A stretch of DNA of 64,000 bases from Chloroflexota bacterium (GTDB lineage Bacteria; Chloroflexota; Dehalococcoidia; Lucifugimonadales; Lucifugimonadaceae). Location: positions 1 to 64,000 of the forward strand of contig PBHC01000012.1 in NCBI GenBank assembly GCA_002719295.1. The letters run 5' to 3'. This document shows positions 29,292-38,876 of this stretch, in pieces; the first letter of the stretch is position 1, and every line of letters begins with the position of its first letter. Position numbers and translations under genes: made by a program. The notes under the pieces are model-generated. The model did not search any database. It saw nothing but the letters and a program-made list of their open reading frames with translations, and was not told the origin of the DNA.

Positions 29292-30194
29292 ATGAAGAAC
29301 TTAAATACAATTATGGTTCCTGCATCATCTGCGAATTTAGGTTCGGGATTTGATGTTATTGGAGCATGCTTAAATGTTTGGAATGAGATTAATTTTAGAA
29401 AATCAAAGTTCAATATTGAAAATATTGGATTTGGATCTGAAACTTTGAATACCACAAAAGAAAATCTGATTTATAGGTCCTATGTACATACAACGAATAT
29501 TTTAGGTGAAAAAGAAATAGAAGTTTCACTAAAATGCCAAAATTCAATACCAACTTCTGGAGGCCTAGGAAGTAGTTCTTCCGCTGTAATAGCGGGTATT
29601 TTATTGGCATATTCAGTTCATAATATTGATTTAGATAATGATGATATTTTTCAAATAGCTTCTGACATTGAGGGTCATCCTGACAATGTTGGCCCTGCTT
29701 TATATGGTGGAATAACATTAGGATTTAAGGATTTAGAAAAATGGTATATTAGCAACATAAAATTTGATAAAAACTTAAAAATTGTTTCATTTGTTTCTGA
29801 TCAAAAAATTCTTACAAGTGAATCAAGGGCTGCTTTACCAAACACAATTTCAAGAGAAGATGCAGTTTATAATATTACTCGTTCTGCATTATTAGTTAAC
29901 TCTCTAAATACAAATGATTTTGCTCTTCTAAAATATGCATTTCAGGATAAGCTTCATGAACAGTATAGAACTCCTGAAATTAAAGGATTTTCAACTATTA
30001 GTAATGCAGCCATGAATGCAGGTGCAATATCAACTTATCTATCTGGTTCAGGTCCTACTATTTCAGCTATTACTCTAGGAAAAGAGCTTACTATAAATTA
30101 TGAGATGTTAGATGCTGCGAATAAGCTTAATCTTCCAGGAAATGGGATAATTTCTTCTATTTCTGAAAAAGGAGCATATGTTCTTGAAAAATAA
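29292..30194 (+). CDS. thrB: Homoserine kinase
   Basis: VPASSANLGSGFD, GLGSSSSA, EGHPDNV, SGSGPT. Confidence 0.95.
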   Translation: MKNLNTIMVPASSANLGSGFDVIGACLNVWNEINFRKSKFNIENIGFGSETLNTTKENLIYRSYVHTTNILGEKEIEVSLKCQNSIPTSGGLGSSSSAVIAGILLAYSVHNIDLDNDDIFQIASDIEGHPDNVGPALYGGITLGFKDLEKWYISNIKFDKNLKIVSFVSDQKILTSESRAALPNTISREDAVYNITRSALLVNSLNTNDFALLKYAFQDKLHEQYRTPEIKGFSTISNAAMNAGAISTYLSGSGPTISAITLGKELTINYEMLDAANKLNLPGNGIISSISEKGAYVLEK

Positions 30195-31410
30195 TATTGT
30201 TGTACAAAAATATGGTGGGACTTCCATAGGTGATGTAGACAAGCTAAAACTGATCGCCAAAAAAGTAGTTGAAAAAAAATCTGAAGGATTTTTTCCAGTC
30301 GTTGTAGTGTCTGCTATGGGTAAAACCACAGATGAATTGGTTGAGATGTCTGAAAAGGTTACATTTAACCAAACTGAACCAGACTTAAGAGAGAAAGATA
30401 CATTGCTTTCAACAGGAGAGCTTGTTTCAGCTACCTTGCTTGCTATGTCTATTAAGTCTTTAGGAGAAGAGGTAATTAGCCTTTCAGGTCCTCAGGCAGG
30501 AATTTTTACGGACCAAATTCATGGTTCAGCAAGAATATCTGATATTAACACTGAAAGAATGTTGAATGAAATCAATAAAAATAAAATTTTGATTATAGCT
30601 GGATTTCAAGGAATAAATACCGAAGGAGATATTACTACTCTTGGCAGAGGAGGGTCTGATACGACAGCAGTAGCTTTAGCAGCGGCATTGAAAGCAGATG
30701 TGTGTGAAATTTTTACTGATGTAGAAGGTATTTATACTACTGACCCAAGGATTGTTTCAACTGCTAGGAAAATAAATTTTATTAACTATGAAGATATGCT
30801 TGAAATGGCTGTTTTAGGTGCAAAGATGCATCCAAGATCTATTGAACTAGCATCTGTTTATGATGTCCCTGTGTATGTTGCAGGAACATTTTCTAAAACT
30901 AAGGGAACACTTATTGTAAAAGGAGATAATATGGAGAACAACAAAACTGTTACAGGAATAGCGATTGATAAAAAAGTATCAAAGATAACTGTAAAAAAAA
31001 TAAAAAATATACCAGGTACAGCTGCATCTATATTGAAACCTTTATCCGATCAATCTATAAGCATAGATGTTATTGTCCAAAATATTCCTATGGATGGTTT
31101 TATTGACTTTTCTTTTTCTGTTTCAGACGATGACTTGCAAAGAGCATATGATATTTTAATGGATCAAATAAATCTTGATTTTGAAGATATCATAAAAGGT
31201 AGTGGATTTGCAAAAATTAGTCTTGTAGGGACGGGAATGCAAAATGCTCCAGGCTATGCAACAGAAATGTTTAATGCTCTAGGAAATGAAAAAATAAATA
31301 TAGAAATGATCACAACATCTGAAATAAGAATTACATGTCTTATAAGTGAAAATGATGTTAAATCTGCAGTTAATGCTTTACACTCGACATTTGAGTTAGA
31401 TAAAGAGTAA
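30178..31410 (+). CDS. lysC: Aspartate kinase with two ACT domains
   Basis: VQKYGGTS, VVVVSAMG, TTLGRGGSDTTA, TSEIRI. Confidence 0.95.
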   Translation: MFLKNNIVVQKYGGTSIGDVDKLKLIAKKVVEKKSEGFFPVVVVSAMGKTTDELVEMSEKVTFNQTEPDLREKDTLLSTGELVSATLLAMSIKSLGEEVISLSGPQAGIFTDQIHGSARISDINTERMLNEINKNKILIIAGFQGINTEGDITTLGRGGSDTTAVALAAALKADVCEIFTDVEGIYTTDPRIVSTARKINFINYEDMLEMAVLGAKMHPRSIELASVYDVPVYVAGTFSKTKGTLIVKGDNMENNKTVTGIAIDKKVSKITVKKIKNIPGTAASILKPLSDQSISIDVIVQNIPMDGFIDFSFSVSDDDLQRAYDILMDQINLDFEDIIKGSGFAKISLVGTGMQNAPGYATEMFNALGNEKINIEMITTSEIRITCLISENDVKSAVNALHSTFELDKE

Positions 31411-31414
31411 AAGC

Positions 31415-32569
31415 TTAGTCAGCTTTTATAATTCCTTCATTTATTGAAAAATATTTACCGTCTTTTATATTTTTTTTGTCTATCAAAGAAATATCTGCTG
31501 TTGATAGTAAAATTTGATCAAAATCTAAAATTTCAGTTACAACTTTTTCTCTCATTTTTTCATCCAATTCTGAAAAAATATCATCCAAAATTAAAACAGG
31601 CTTTCTTTTTGTAATATTTCTTATTTCTTTTGCTTCAGATAATTTTAAAGATAGCGATATTATTCTTGATTGACCTCTAGAAGCAGTGATTGAAGCTGGG
31701 GCATCATTGAAAACTATGTCAAAATCATCTCTGTGAGGACCTATAGTAGTTATTCTCTGGTCAATATCTCTTAGATGGGTTTTTTTCAATGATTCGTAAA
31801 ATATTAGTTTTATCTCATCAATACTTGGTTCGTCCTCAAGAAATTTATTTTCAATATTTCTTCCCATTTTGGGTAAATATTTAATATTTAGATCAATTTT
31901 TTCATTAAAATTTTTAGCAAATTCATTGCTGCTTTTTCTAATAGTTTTTATTATTTTATTTCTTTCAAAAAAAATATTTGCTGCTTCTTCAGATAGCCTA
32001 TTATCCCAAAATTCAATTTCTTTTTCGTTGCTTTTTCCGTCCTTGATATTTTTTAGTAGACTATTTCTTTGAAATAGTACTTTTTGATATCTTTGTAGGT
32101 TTTTTACATGATCATTATTGATTTGGCTAAGCAATATGTTTAAATATTTTCGCCTAATAAGAGGCGGGCCAGAAATTATTGAAATATCATCTGTATCAAA
32201 AAAAACTGAGTTAATATTTCCAACAAATTCTTGATTAGATACTATTACTCCATTAATTCTGAAAGTCTTGACTAGGTCTGAACTTTTTGAAATATCATAA
32301 TCTATTTGTGCCTTAATATTTCTGTTTTTTTCCTCTGCTATTCCTAATACTTGTGTGTGCCCTCCTGTTTCTAAAAGAGAATTATTTATTAGAAATTTAT
32401 CATTTGAAACTCTTGAAGATTTTGCTATAGATAAAAGATATATTCCTTCAAATAAATTACTTTTTCCTTGCCCATTGAGTCCAGAAAAAATATTAAACCC
32501 ATCCTGAAGGTCTATAGAAGAATTTTTATGATTTCTATAATTAGAAAGAGATAATGTTTTTATTTTTAT
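31415..32569 (-). CDS. recF: DNA replication/repair protein RecF, full length 384 aa from an ATA start; the ORF track gives only the C-terminal 239 aa
   Basis: Frame open 145 codons upstream of 32134: (I)KIKTLSLSNYRN...GLNGQGKSN (Walker A)...GPP..RR; C-terminal GPHRDD, ASRGQ, LDDIFSELD. Confidence 0.9.
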   Translation of the reverse strand: MKIKTLSLSNYRNHKNSSIDLQDGFNIFSGLNGQGKSNLFEGIYLLSIAKSSRVSNDKFLINNSLLETGGHTQVLGIAEEKNRNIKAQIDYDISKSSDLVKTFRINGVIVSNQEFVGNINSVFFDTDDISIISGPPLIRRKYLNILLSQINNDHVKNLQRYQKVLFQRNSLLKNIKDGKSNEKEIEFWDNRLSEEAANIFFERNKIIKTIRKSSNEFAKNFNEKIDLNIKYLPKMGRNIENKFLEDEPSIDEIKLIFYESLKKTHLRDIDQRITTIGPHRDDFDIVFNDAPASITASRGQSRIISLSLKLSEAKEIRNITKRKPVLILDDIFSELDEKMREKVVTEILDFDQILLSTADISLIDKKNIKDGKYFSINEGIIKAD

Positions 32570-32665
32570 CTTTTAGCCCTATAAATACTTTTTTAATATG
32601 ATAGTTTTTTATCTTTAGTAAGTATTTGTTTTTTAGCTTTATTTTTGTAATCAATTAATTATTTA

Positions 32666-33415
32666 ATGAATTATATGTATAAATCCGTAACAATTGATAT
32701 ATGGGAAACGATAATTGGGGAAAGAAACTTTTCTTCTTTTTCTAAAACTAGAAGAGAAATTAAAACTAGGTATGCGTATGAATATTTATTAAAGTTTTCC
32801 AATAAAATTGACTATTCTAAAGTATCTTTGGCTCATGATTTTGTTGCTGATTCAATAAATAAATTTTCTAGATTTCATTCAGATAGACTTTTTTATGATT
32901 GGGTTGAGACTTTTATCAATAAAATAGATAAAAATCTTATAAATAAATTAAATACTGAGGAAATCATTTCACTAGGTGATGAATTAGATAAAGCATTTTT
33001 AGAAAACCCTCCTGAAATTTTTGACGGAACGTATGAATTATTAGATTTTTGTAGAACTAAAGACTTGAGAATAGGAATAATTTCAAATACTGGATTTAAT
33101 TCGCCTAAAGTATATCGAGAATTTTTTTCTAAAAATAATTTATTTTATGACACAATTTCTCTATCAAATGAATTAGGAACGGCTAAACCTCATTCAAAAA
33201 TATTTTTAGAAACGATGAAAAACTTAGAAACGGATCCGGAAAATGCAATTCATTTTGGAGACAACCCTGTTGCAGATATTTTAGGAGCTTTGAATGTAGG
33301 CATGGAAGCTGTATTGATATCTAAAAACAATTCAAAAAAACCAGTAAATGAAAAGCATAGAGCTGTCATAGATAATATATCTTTTTCAATTGATATTATT
33401 TCATCTTGGATTTAA
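32666..33415 (+). CDS. HAD-superfamily hydrolase
   Basis: DIWET motif I, ISN, KP, HFGDNPVADILGA; start may be ATG 32675. Confidence 0.85.
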   Translation: MNYMYKSVTIDIWETIIGERNFSSFSKTRREIKTRYAYEYLLKFSNKIDYSKVSLAHDFVADSINKFSRFHSDRLFYDWVETFINKIDKNLINKLNTEEIISLGDELDKAFLENPPEIFDGTYELLDFCRTKDLRIGIISNTGFNSPKVYREFFSKNNLFYDTISLSNELGTAKPHSKIFLETMKNLETDPENAIHFGDNPVADILGALNVGMEAVLISKNNSKKPVNEKHRAVIDNISFSIDIISSWI

Positions 33416-34096
33416 TCTTCTGTCTAAGAACAAAGAAGTTATGAAAAATAGAAAATTTATAATCACAAAAACAAGTAAAATAGCCAAGCAAACTTCTAAA
33501 AAGAATCTTTCAGGGAACATTATTAATAAATAATCACTTCTAGGATCAAGAATCCATAAATCGTTCCTAAAAAAAATTTTATGAAACAAAATAAAAGTTG
33601 CATTAAAATTTATTATTATTCCAAACAAAATTATAATAAAAATACTACTCCAAATTAATAAAGATTTATAAACAATGTTAAAGAGAAAGCTAAATAATTG
33701 CTTAAAACCATTTTTATAAGAAATTATTACAATGGCAAAAAATATAAAAAATAATGATATTTTTTCAAATAAAAGAGTTGCTTTTACTAGATTTTTTACA
33801 TCAATCATATGGTCTATTTCCCTTTGATTAAATAAATTGAAAACTGTTGTCCCTGGCTGTTGAAGAGAGATTTCTATTTTTTCTTGATCATCTTTAAAAT
33901 AATCTTTTATTTGGTCAGATACTGAATTGAGCTGGTCTTCATTTAAATTGGTTTTATATGAAATATTATTCCTTTCCCAATTAAATTCATAAATCCAATC
34001 AGAAAATGTTATCATTTCGAAACTAATGGTTATTATAAAAGGAACCCAGAGAATATAAGTAAATATTTTCAATAAGGGGAAGATTTTTTTAGTCAT
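33401..34096 (-). CDS. DUF1461/TIGR01906 membrane protein (lipoprotein intramolecular transacylase Lit-like)
   Basis: REIDHMIDVK, FILFHKIFFRNDLWILDP...LLIMFPERFF; four TM segments. Confidence 0.8.
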   Translation of the reverse strand: MTKKIFPLLKIFTYILWVPFIITISFEMITFSDWIYEFNWERNNISYKTNLNEDQLNSVSDQIKDYFKDDQEKIEISLQQPGTTVFNLFNQREIDHMIDVKNLVKATLLFEKISLFFIFFAIVIISYKNGFKQLFSFLFNIVYKSLLIWSSIFIIILFGIIINFNATFILFHKIFFRNDLWILDPRSDYLLIMFPERFFLEVCLAILLVFVIINFLFFITSLFLDRRLNPR

Positions 34097-34119
34097 ACAA
34101 TATTATAACTTTTTAAATT

Positions 34120-34809
34120 ATGAAAAAAAACGACATCAATAAATTAGAAAAAATCATTGAAGAACTTAGATCCGAGAATGGATGCCCTTGGGATAGAGAT
34201 CTTACATTAGAAAAATTATCCCAACTAACTATTGGAGAATCATATGAATTATTAGATGCTGTTGAAAAAAAAGATAATAAAAAGATAATTGATGAGTTAT
34301 CAGATCTTTTAACTCACATTATTTTTTATTTTCAAATTGGAAGTTCTACAAATGAATTTAAAAAAAATAATATAATTGACCATGCTATTGAAAAACTTAT
34401 TAATAGGCACCCTCATGTATTTGATAAATCTTTCAAAAAAAAATTTAATACGCCTGAAGAAGTTGAACAAAACTGGAATTTTTTAAAAGGTAAAAAGGAA
34501 CAACTTTCAGATGACTTAGATTTCAATGGCCCATCAGGGATTTCGGCTGAAAGAATTATAAAAACTTTGATTGAACTTGGTATAACTCTCGATGAAAAAG
34601 AGATTACGAAAAACGAGTTAGAAAACCCAAAAAATTTATTGTTCTTTATTTATTTTTTGATGATCCAGAGAGGAGAAAATCCTGAACTTGAATTTAGAAG
34701 CAAGTTAGGAGAGATAAAAAAAGAAATAAAAAAGTTAGAGAAAAAAGAAGGTTTAAGATTTGAACAGTTAGAAAAAAATAAGATTAAGCGAATTCTATTT
34801 CCTTATTAG
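34120..34809 (+). CDS. mazG: MazG nucleoside triphosphate pyrophosphohydrolase; only the N-terminal MazG domain is recognisable
   Basis: LRSENGCPWD, ESYELLDA, DELSDLL, KLINRHPHVF. Confidence 0.8.
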   Translation: MKKNDINKLEKIIEELRSENGCPWDRDLTLEKLSQLTIGESYELLDAVEKKDNKKIIDELSDLLTHIIFYFQIGSSTNEFKKNNIIDHAIEKLINRHPHVFDKSFKKKFNTPEEVEQNWNFLKGKKEQLSDDLDFNGPSGISAERIIKTLIELGITLDEKEITKNELENPKNLLFFIYFLMIQRGENPELEFRSKLGEIKKEIKKLEKKEGLRFEQLEKNKIKRILFPY

Positions 34810-35827
34810 ATTTCTTAATCGTTTCTCCAATTTTTCTAACAACTAAATTTTTATTTTCAGAAAGTTTTTTTTGAAAGTCTTTTGATTTATCTTTATCAAC
34901 AGTAAATAGTAATCCTCCTGAAGTTTGAGGATCAAATAAAATCATTTTCTCAGAATTCTTTAGAGAATTATTCCATGTAATATTTGTATTGAAAAATTTT
35001 TCATTATTTATTGCTCCTGATGACCAATTTTCTTCTATTGAAATTTCTAACAAACCTTCAATCAAAGGAATATCTGAAAAATTTAATTTAGCAGATATTT
35101 TACTTGCATTCAGTATATTTTTTAAATGGCCTATAAGTCCGTATCCAGTTACATCAGTGCAAGCTTTTACTTTAAATTCCTTAGCTACTTCAGAAGCAGA
35201 TTTATTTAATTCCAACATATAGGAAATCCCATTAGGATAATCAGATAAATTTATATTTGAGTTTTTAGCAGCTGTTATTAAAATTCCATTTCCTAATGGT
35301 TTGGTTAGAATAATATCTTGATTTGGCTTAGCATTATCTAGCTTCATTAATTGCTTAGGCTCTATTTCTCCTATAACTGCTAGCCCATATTTGGGTTCAT
35401 TATCGTTTATGGTATGCCCTCCAGCTATTATTACATTTGCTTCATTCGCCTTGCTAATACCTCCATTAATAATTTCTTCAATAAATTTTTCTGGAATATT
35501 ATCTGAAAAACAGCATATATTAAGTGCTAAGGTAGGGTTCCCACCCATCGCATATACATCAGAAATAGCATTTGCTGCAGAAATTTGACCAAATAAAAAT
35601 GGATCATCAACTACGGGAGCAAAAAAATCAGTAGTGAATATAATAGCTTTATCATCGGATATTTTGTAAACAGCAGCGTCATCTTTAGTTTTTTGATCAA
35701 CTAAAATTTTGTCAGATGAAATTGATTTGTTTATCTGGCCCAGAACCCTGTCCAGTACTTCTATTGAAGCTTTTCCAGCTCAACCTCCGCAACTAGAAAA
35801 GTTTGTAAGTCTTATTTCTTTTTCCAT
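34784..35827 (-). CDS. selD: Selenide, water dikinase; selenoprotein, 347 aa with Sec16
   Basis: ATG 35827 MEKEIRLTNFSSCGG-UGA(35780-35782)-AGK...DDAAVY...TTDFF.PVVDDP..FG.ISAANAISDVYAMGG continues in frame into the ORF-track fragment; GGHT, TDVTGYGL.GH, DPQTSGGLL. Confidence 0.95.
35735..35755 (-). promoter_or_regulatory. Bacterial SECIS-like hairpin in selD
   Basis: CTGG-A-CAG-[GGTT]-CTG-GG-CCAG; G-starting apical loop 32 nt 3' of the UGA; GC-rich against an AT-rich gene. Confidence 0.7.
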
Positions 35828-35894
35828 TTAATGTTTTTTTTAATTAAAAGTTATAGAATTTATATTATTCAGTGAACAAAAAATAAGGTAAATT

Positions 35895-37226
35895 ATGACA
35901 GAAAAGACCCAATTTTCAGGAAGTGAGATATTTCCTAATAACACTTTTGTAAATCATAAAAATAATATTTCAATAGGAGGAGTTGATTTAGAAGAATTGG
36001 CTGATACTTATGGTACCCCATTATATGTTTACGATGAAGATACCATTTTGGCAACAATTAAAGATTTTCAAGAATCTTTTAAGTATGAGATTGAAAATAG
36101 TGTGATTTCATATTCAACTAAAGCATTTTCAAACCCATACTTACTTAAGTTATTAGATGATAATGGTATGAATATAGATGTTGTTACTGGTGGAGAATTA
36201 GCAATAGCAAAACACATAGAATTTCCTCCTGACAGAATAAATTTTCATGGTAATAATAAGTCTCCCCAAGAACTTAAGGACGCTATAGATTATGGAATTG
36301 GTCATATAACAATTGACTCATTCAATGAAATTGAAAACTTAAAAAATATAACAGAAGAATTAAAAACTAATCAGGATGTAATGTTAAGAGTATCTCCTTC
36401 AATTGATCCCCATACTCATTTATTGACTACGACAGGCGTTCTAGATTCAAAATTTGGATTTTCTATTGAAACAGGCGATGCAGAGAAAGCAATTGAACAA
36501 TTAATGAAAATTGACTCTCTGAATTTATTAGGACTTCATTTTCATTTAGGCTCTCCTATTTTTGAACTGGAGCCTTATTCAGAAGCTATCGATTATGTTT
36601 ATGATTTTGCAGCACAAATGAGAGATAAATATGGATTAGAAATGAAAGAATTTAGCCCTGGAGGTGGTTTCGCAATAGGATATGAGGTAGATAAACAACC
36701 TTTGCCTATTGCCGATTATGCAAAAGTTATAGGTGATTCAATTAAGAAATCTTGTGACACACATGATTTTAGTATTCCAAAAGTAATTCTTGAACCAGGA
36801 AGAGCCTTGGTAGGAAGATCTGGAATAAGTATTTATAGAATAGGATCAATTAAAACTATTCCTGGAGTTAGAAATTATGTATCTGTAGATGGAGGGATGG
36901 GGGATAATATTAGGCCTGCTCTTTATGGATCTGATTATTCAGTTTTCTCTGTTACTAAAACATTAGAAACAGCAAATAGAATGAAATCTACAATCTCAGG
37001 TAAATTTTGCGAATCAGGAGATTATCTTGCTAGAGATGTAGAAATTCCTGATCCAATGATTGATGATTTATTGGCATTGCCTGCTTCTGGAGCATATAAT
37101 TTAGCCATGGCAAGTAATTACAATATGCAAGTCAGACCAGCTGTTGTAATGATAAAAAACGGATCCCATTTTTTGATTAGGAGAAGAGAAAGCTATGAGG
37201 ATCTTTTAAGTACATCTATACTATGA
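35895..37226 (+). CDS. lysA: Diaminopimelate decarboxylase
   Basis: GTPLYVYD, YSTKAF, HGNNKS, SKFG, EPGR, DNIRPALY, GKFCESGD, GAY. Confidence 0.95.
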   Translation: MTEKTQFSGSEIFPNNTFVNHKNNISIGGVDLEELADTYGTPLYVYDEDTILATIKDFQESFKYEIENSVISYSTKAFSNPYLLKLLDDNGMNIDVVTGGELAIAKHIEFPPDRINFHGNNKSPQELKDAIDYGIGHITIDSFNEIENLKNITEELKTNQDVMLRVSPSIDPHTHLLTTTGVLDSKFGFSIETGDAEKAIEQLMKIDSLNLLGLHFHLGSPIFELEPYSEAIDYVYDFAAQMRDKYGLEMKEFSPGGGFAIGYEVDKQPLPIADYAKVIGDSIKKSCDTHDFSIPKVILEPGRALVGRSGISIYRIGSIKTIPGVRNYVSVDGGMGDNIRPALYGSDYSVFSVTKTLETANRMKSTISGKFCESGDYLARDVEIPDPMIDDLLALPASGAYNLAMASNYNMQVRPAVVMIKNGSHFLIRRRESYEDLLSTSIL

Positions 37227-38242
37227 CGATTATTCATCAAAAAGCTTACAGCATTTTAGAAAATTCAATTAAAAAAAATTCTATATCTCATTTTTACATT
37301 TTTCATGGACCAAATAATGTAGGGAAAAAAAATCTTGCAATATCATTTGTCAAACTTTTACTTTGTGAAAATCAAGATCTAGATTCTAAAACTACTGATA
37401 ATTGTCCAAGCTGTAAAAAAATAGACGAAGAAAAACATTTTGATGTTGTTTTTATGGATTCTAAGTCCTCAGTAGATGGAATAGATGAAAACAAATCAGA
37501 TCAAATAAGATTGCCTCATGTTCAAGAAATCAGCAGAATTGCTAATTTAGGCCCATTTATGAGTAATTATAAAGTATTTATTTTAGATGCTGCAGAAAAA
37601 TTAAATAATGAAGCTTCTAATGCATTTTTAAAGCTTTTAGAAGAGCCTCCAAAATCTTCTATATTTTTATTTTTGGTTAATGATTTGTCTTCCATTTATC
37701 CAACTATTTTATCTAGAGCTCAAAAAATCAATGTTTTAGAAATAAGTAAAAAAGAAATTCATACACACATTTCAGGTAATTTTGATATAGATGATTCAAT
37801 AATTAATAAAGTTATACATTTATCTCTAGGAAGAATAGAAGTTGCTGAAAAATTATCTTCAGATCCTTCATTGATTGATGGTTATTATGAATCTTATGAT
37901 AGATTTGTTGAGTTTTGCAGAACGGATATAAGCGACAGAATGGATTTTGCTCAAAAATTTTCAACAAGATATAGAACTGATAGAAATGCAATATTTAAGG
38001 AATTAGATTTATGGATAGATTTTTGCAATATTACAATGAATAATTTATATCAAGATGAAAAAGACTCAATCTTTGAAACAAAGTTAAGTGATATGTTTGA
38101 TACTAAAGAAATTAATCATATTGTAATAGAACTAATCAAAACAATTAGTAACTTAAAAAGTAATGCTAATCCTAGATTAGTGTTCGATGTAATGTCATTA
38201 AATTTACCTTTTTACCAGAAAGAAAAATCACATGGCGTATAA
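37223..38242 (+). CDS. holB: DNA polymerase III delta-prime subunit
   Basis: SHFYIFHGP..VGK, CPSC, ASNAFLKLLEEPP, PTILSR. Confidence 0.85.
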   Translation: MTIIHQKAYSILENSIKKNSISHFYIFHGPNNVGKKNLAISFVKLLLCENQDLDSKTTDNCPSCKKIDEEKHFDVVFMDSKSSVDGIDENKSDQIRLPHVQEISRIANLGPFMSNYKVFILDAAEKLNNEASNAFLKLLEEPPKSSIFLFLVNDLSSIYPTILSRAQKINVLEISKKEIHTHISGNFDIDDSIINKVIHLSLGRIEVAEKLSSDPSLIDGYYESYDRFVEFCRTDISDRMDFAQKFSTRYRTDRNAIFKELDLWIDFCNITMNNLYQDEKDSIFETKLSDMFDTKEINHIVIELIKTISNLKSNANPRLVFDVMSLNLPFYQKEKSHGV

Positions 38243-38876
38243 ATCTATTGCTATTGACGGCCCAGCGGCATCTGGAAAATCTGCTGTAGGCAGACTATTG
38301 GCAGAGAAATTATCTTATGATTTTTTAGACACAGGTATTATGTATAGAGCCGTAACTTATATTATCCAAGAATTTCAAATAGAGCCTGTTAAAGCATCAA
38401 AATTATTTTTTGAATCTAAACTTGTAATAGATTTTTCAAACCTTAACAATAAAATAATTTATCAAGATCAAGATATTTCAGATTTTTTATTCACTGACAA
38501 AATTGATTCAGAAGTTTCTGGATTTTCAAAAATTAAATCAGTAAGAGAAAATTTAGTTTTTGAACAAAAGAAAATTTCCAATAGTACGAATATTGTAATG
38601 GTTGGAAGGGATATAGGTACAAAAGTACTTCAAAACAGTAACTTAAAGATTTATTTAGATGCATCAATTGATGTTAGAGCATTAAGACGATCGAAAGATG
38701 TAGAAAATTTATCAAAAAATGAAGTGAAAATTATGCTTGAATCAAGAGATGTTATTGATAAAAACAGATCAAATTCTCCTTTAGTTATTGATAGAAATGC
38801 ATCTGTTATAAATACCGATAATCTTACAATTGATCAAGTAGTAAGCAATATATTGAATCTATATAAATATGAGTAA
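38232..38876 (+). CDS. cmk: Cytidylate kinase
   Basis: IAIDGPAASGKS, DTGIMYRA, GRDIGT. Confidence 0.95.
   Translation: MAYKSIAIDGPAASGKSAVGRLLAEKLSYDFLDTGIMYRAVTYIIQEFQIEPVKASKLFFESKLVIDFSNLNNKIIYQDQDISDFLFTDKIDSEVSGFSKIKSVRENLVFEQKKISNSTNIVMVGRDIGTKVLQNSNLKIYLDASIDVRALRRSKDVENLSKNEVKIMLESRDVIDKNRSNSPLVIDRNASVINTDNLTIDQVVSNILNLYKYE

Noticed and set aside
31415..32569. recF as a truncated pseudogene
   Set aside because: The frame is uninterrupted with all motifs; only the start codon is unusual
34784..35827. selD as a nonsense pseudogene, or genome-wide UGA reassignment
   Set aside because: UGA sits at the catalytic Sec position with a SECIS-like hairpin; other genes end in TGA and Trp is coded by TGG
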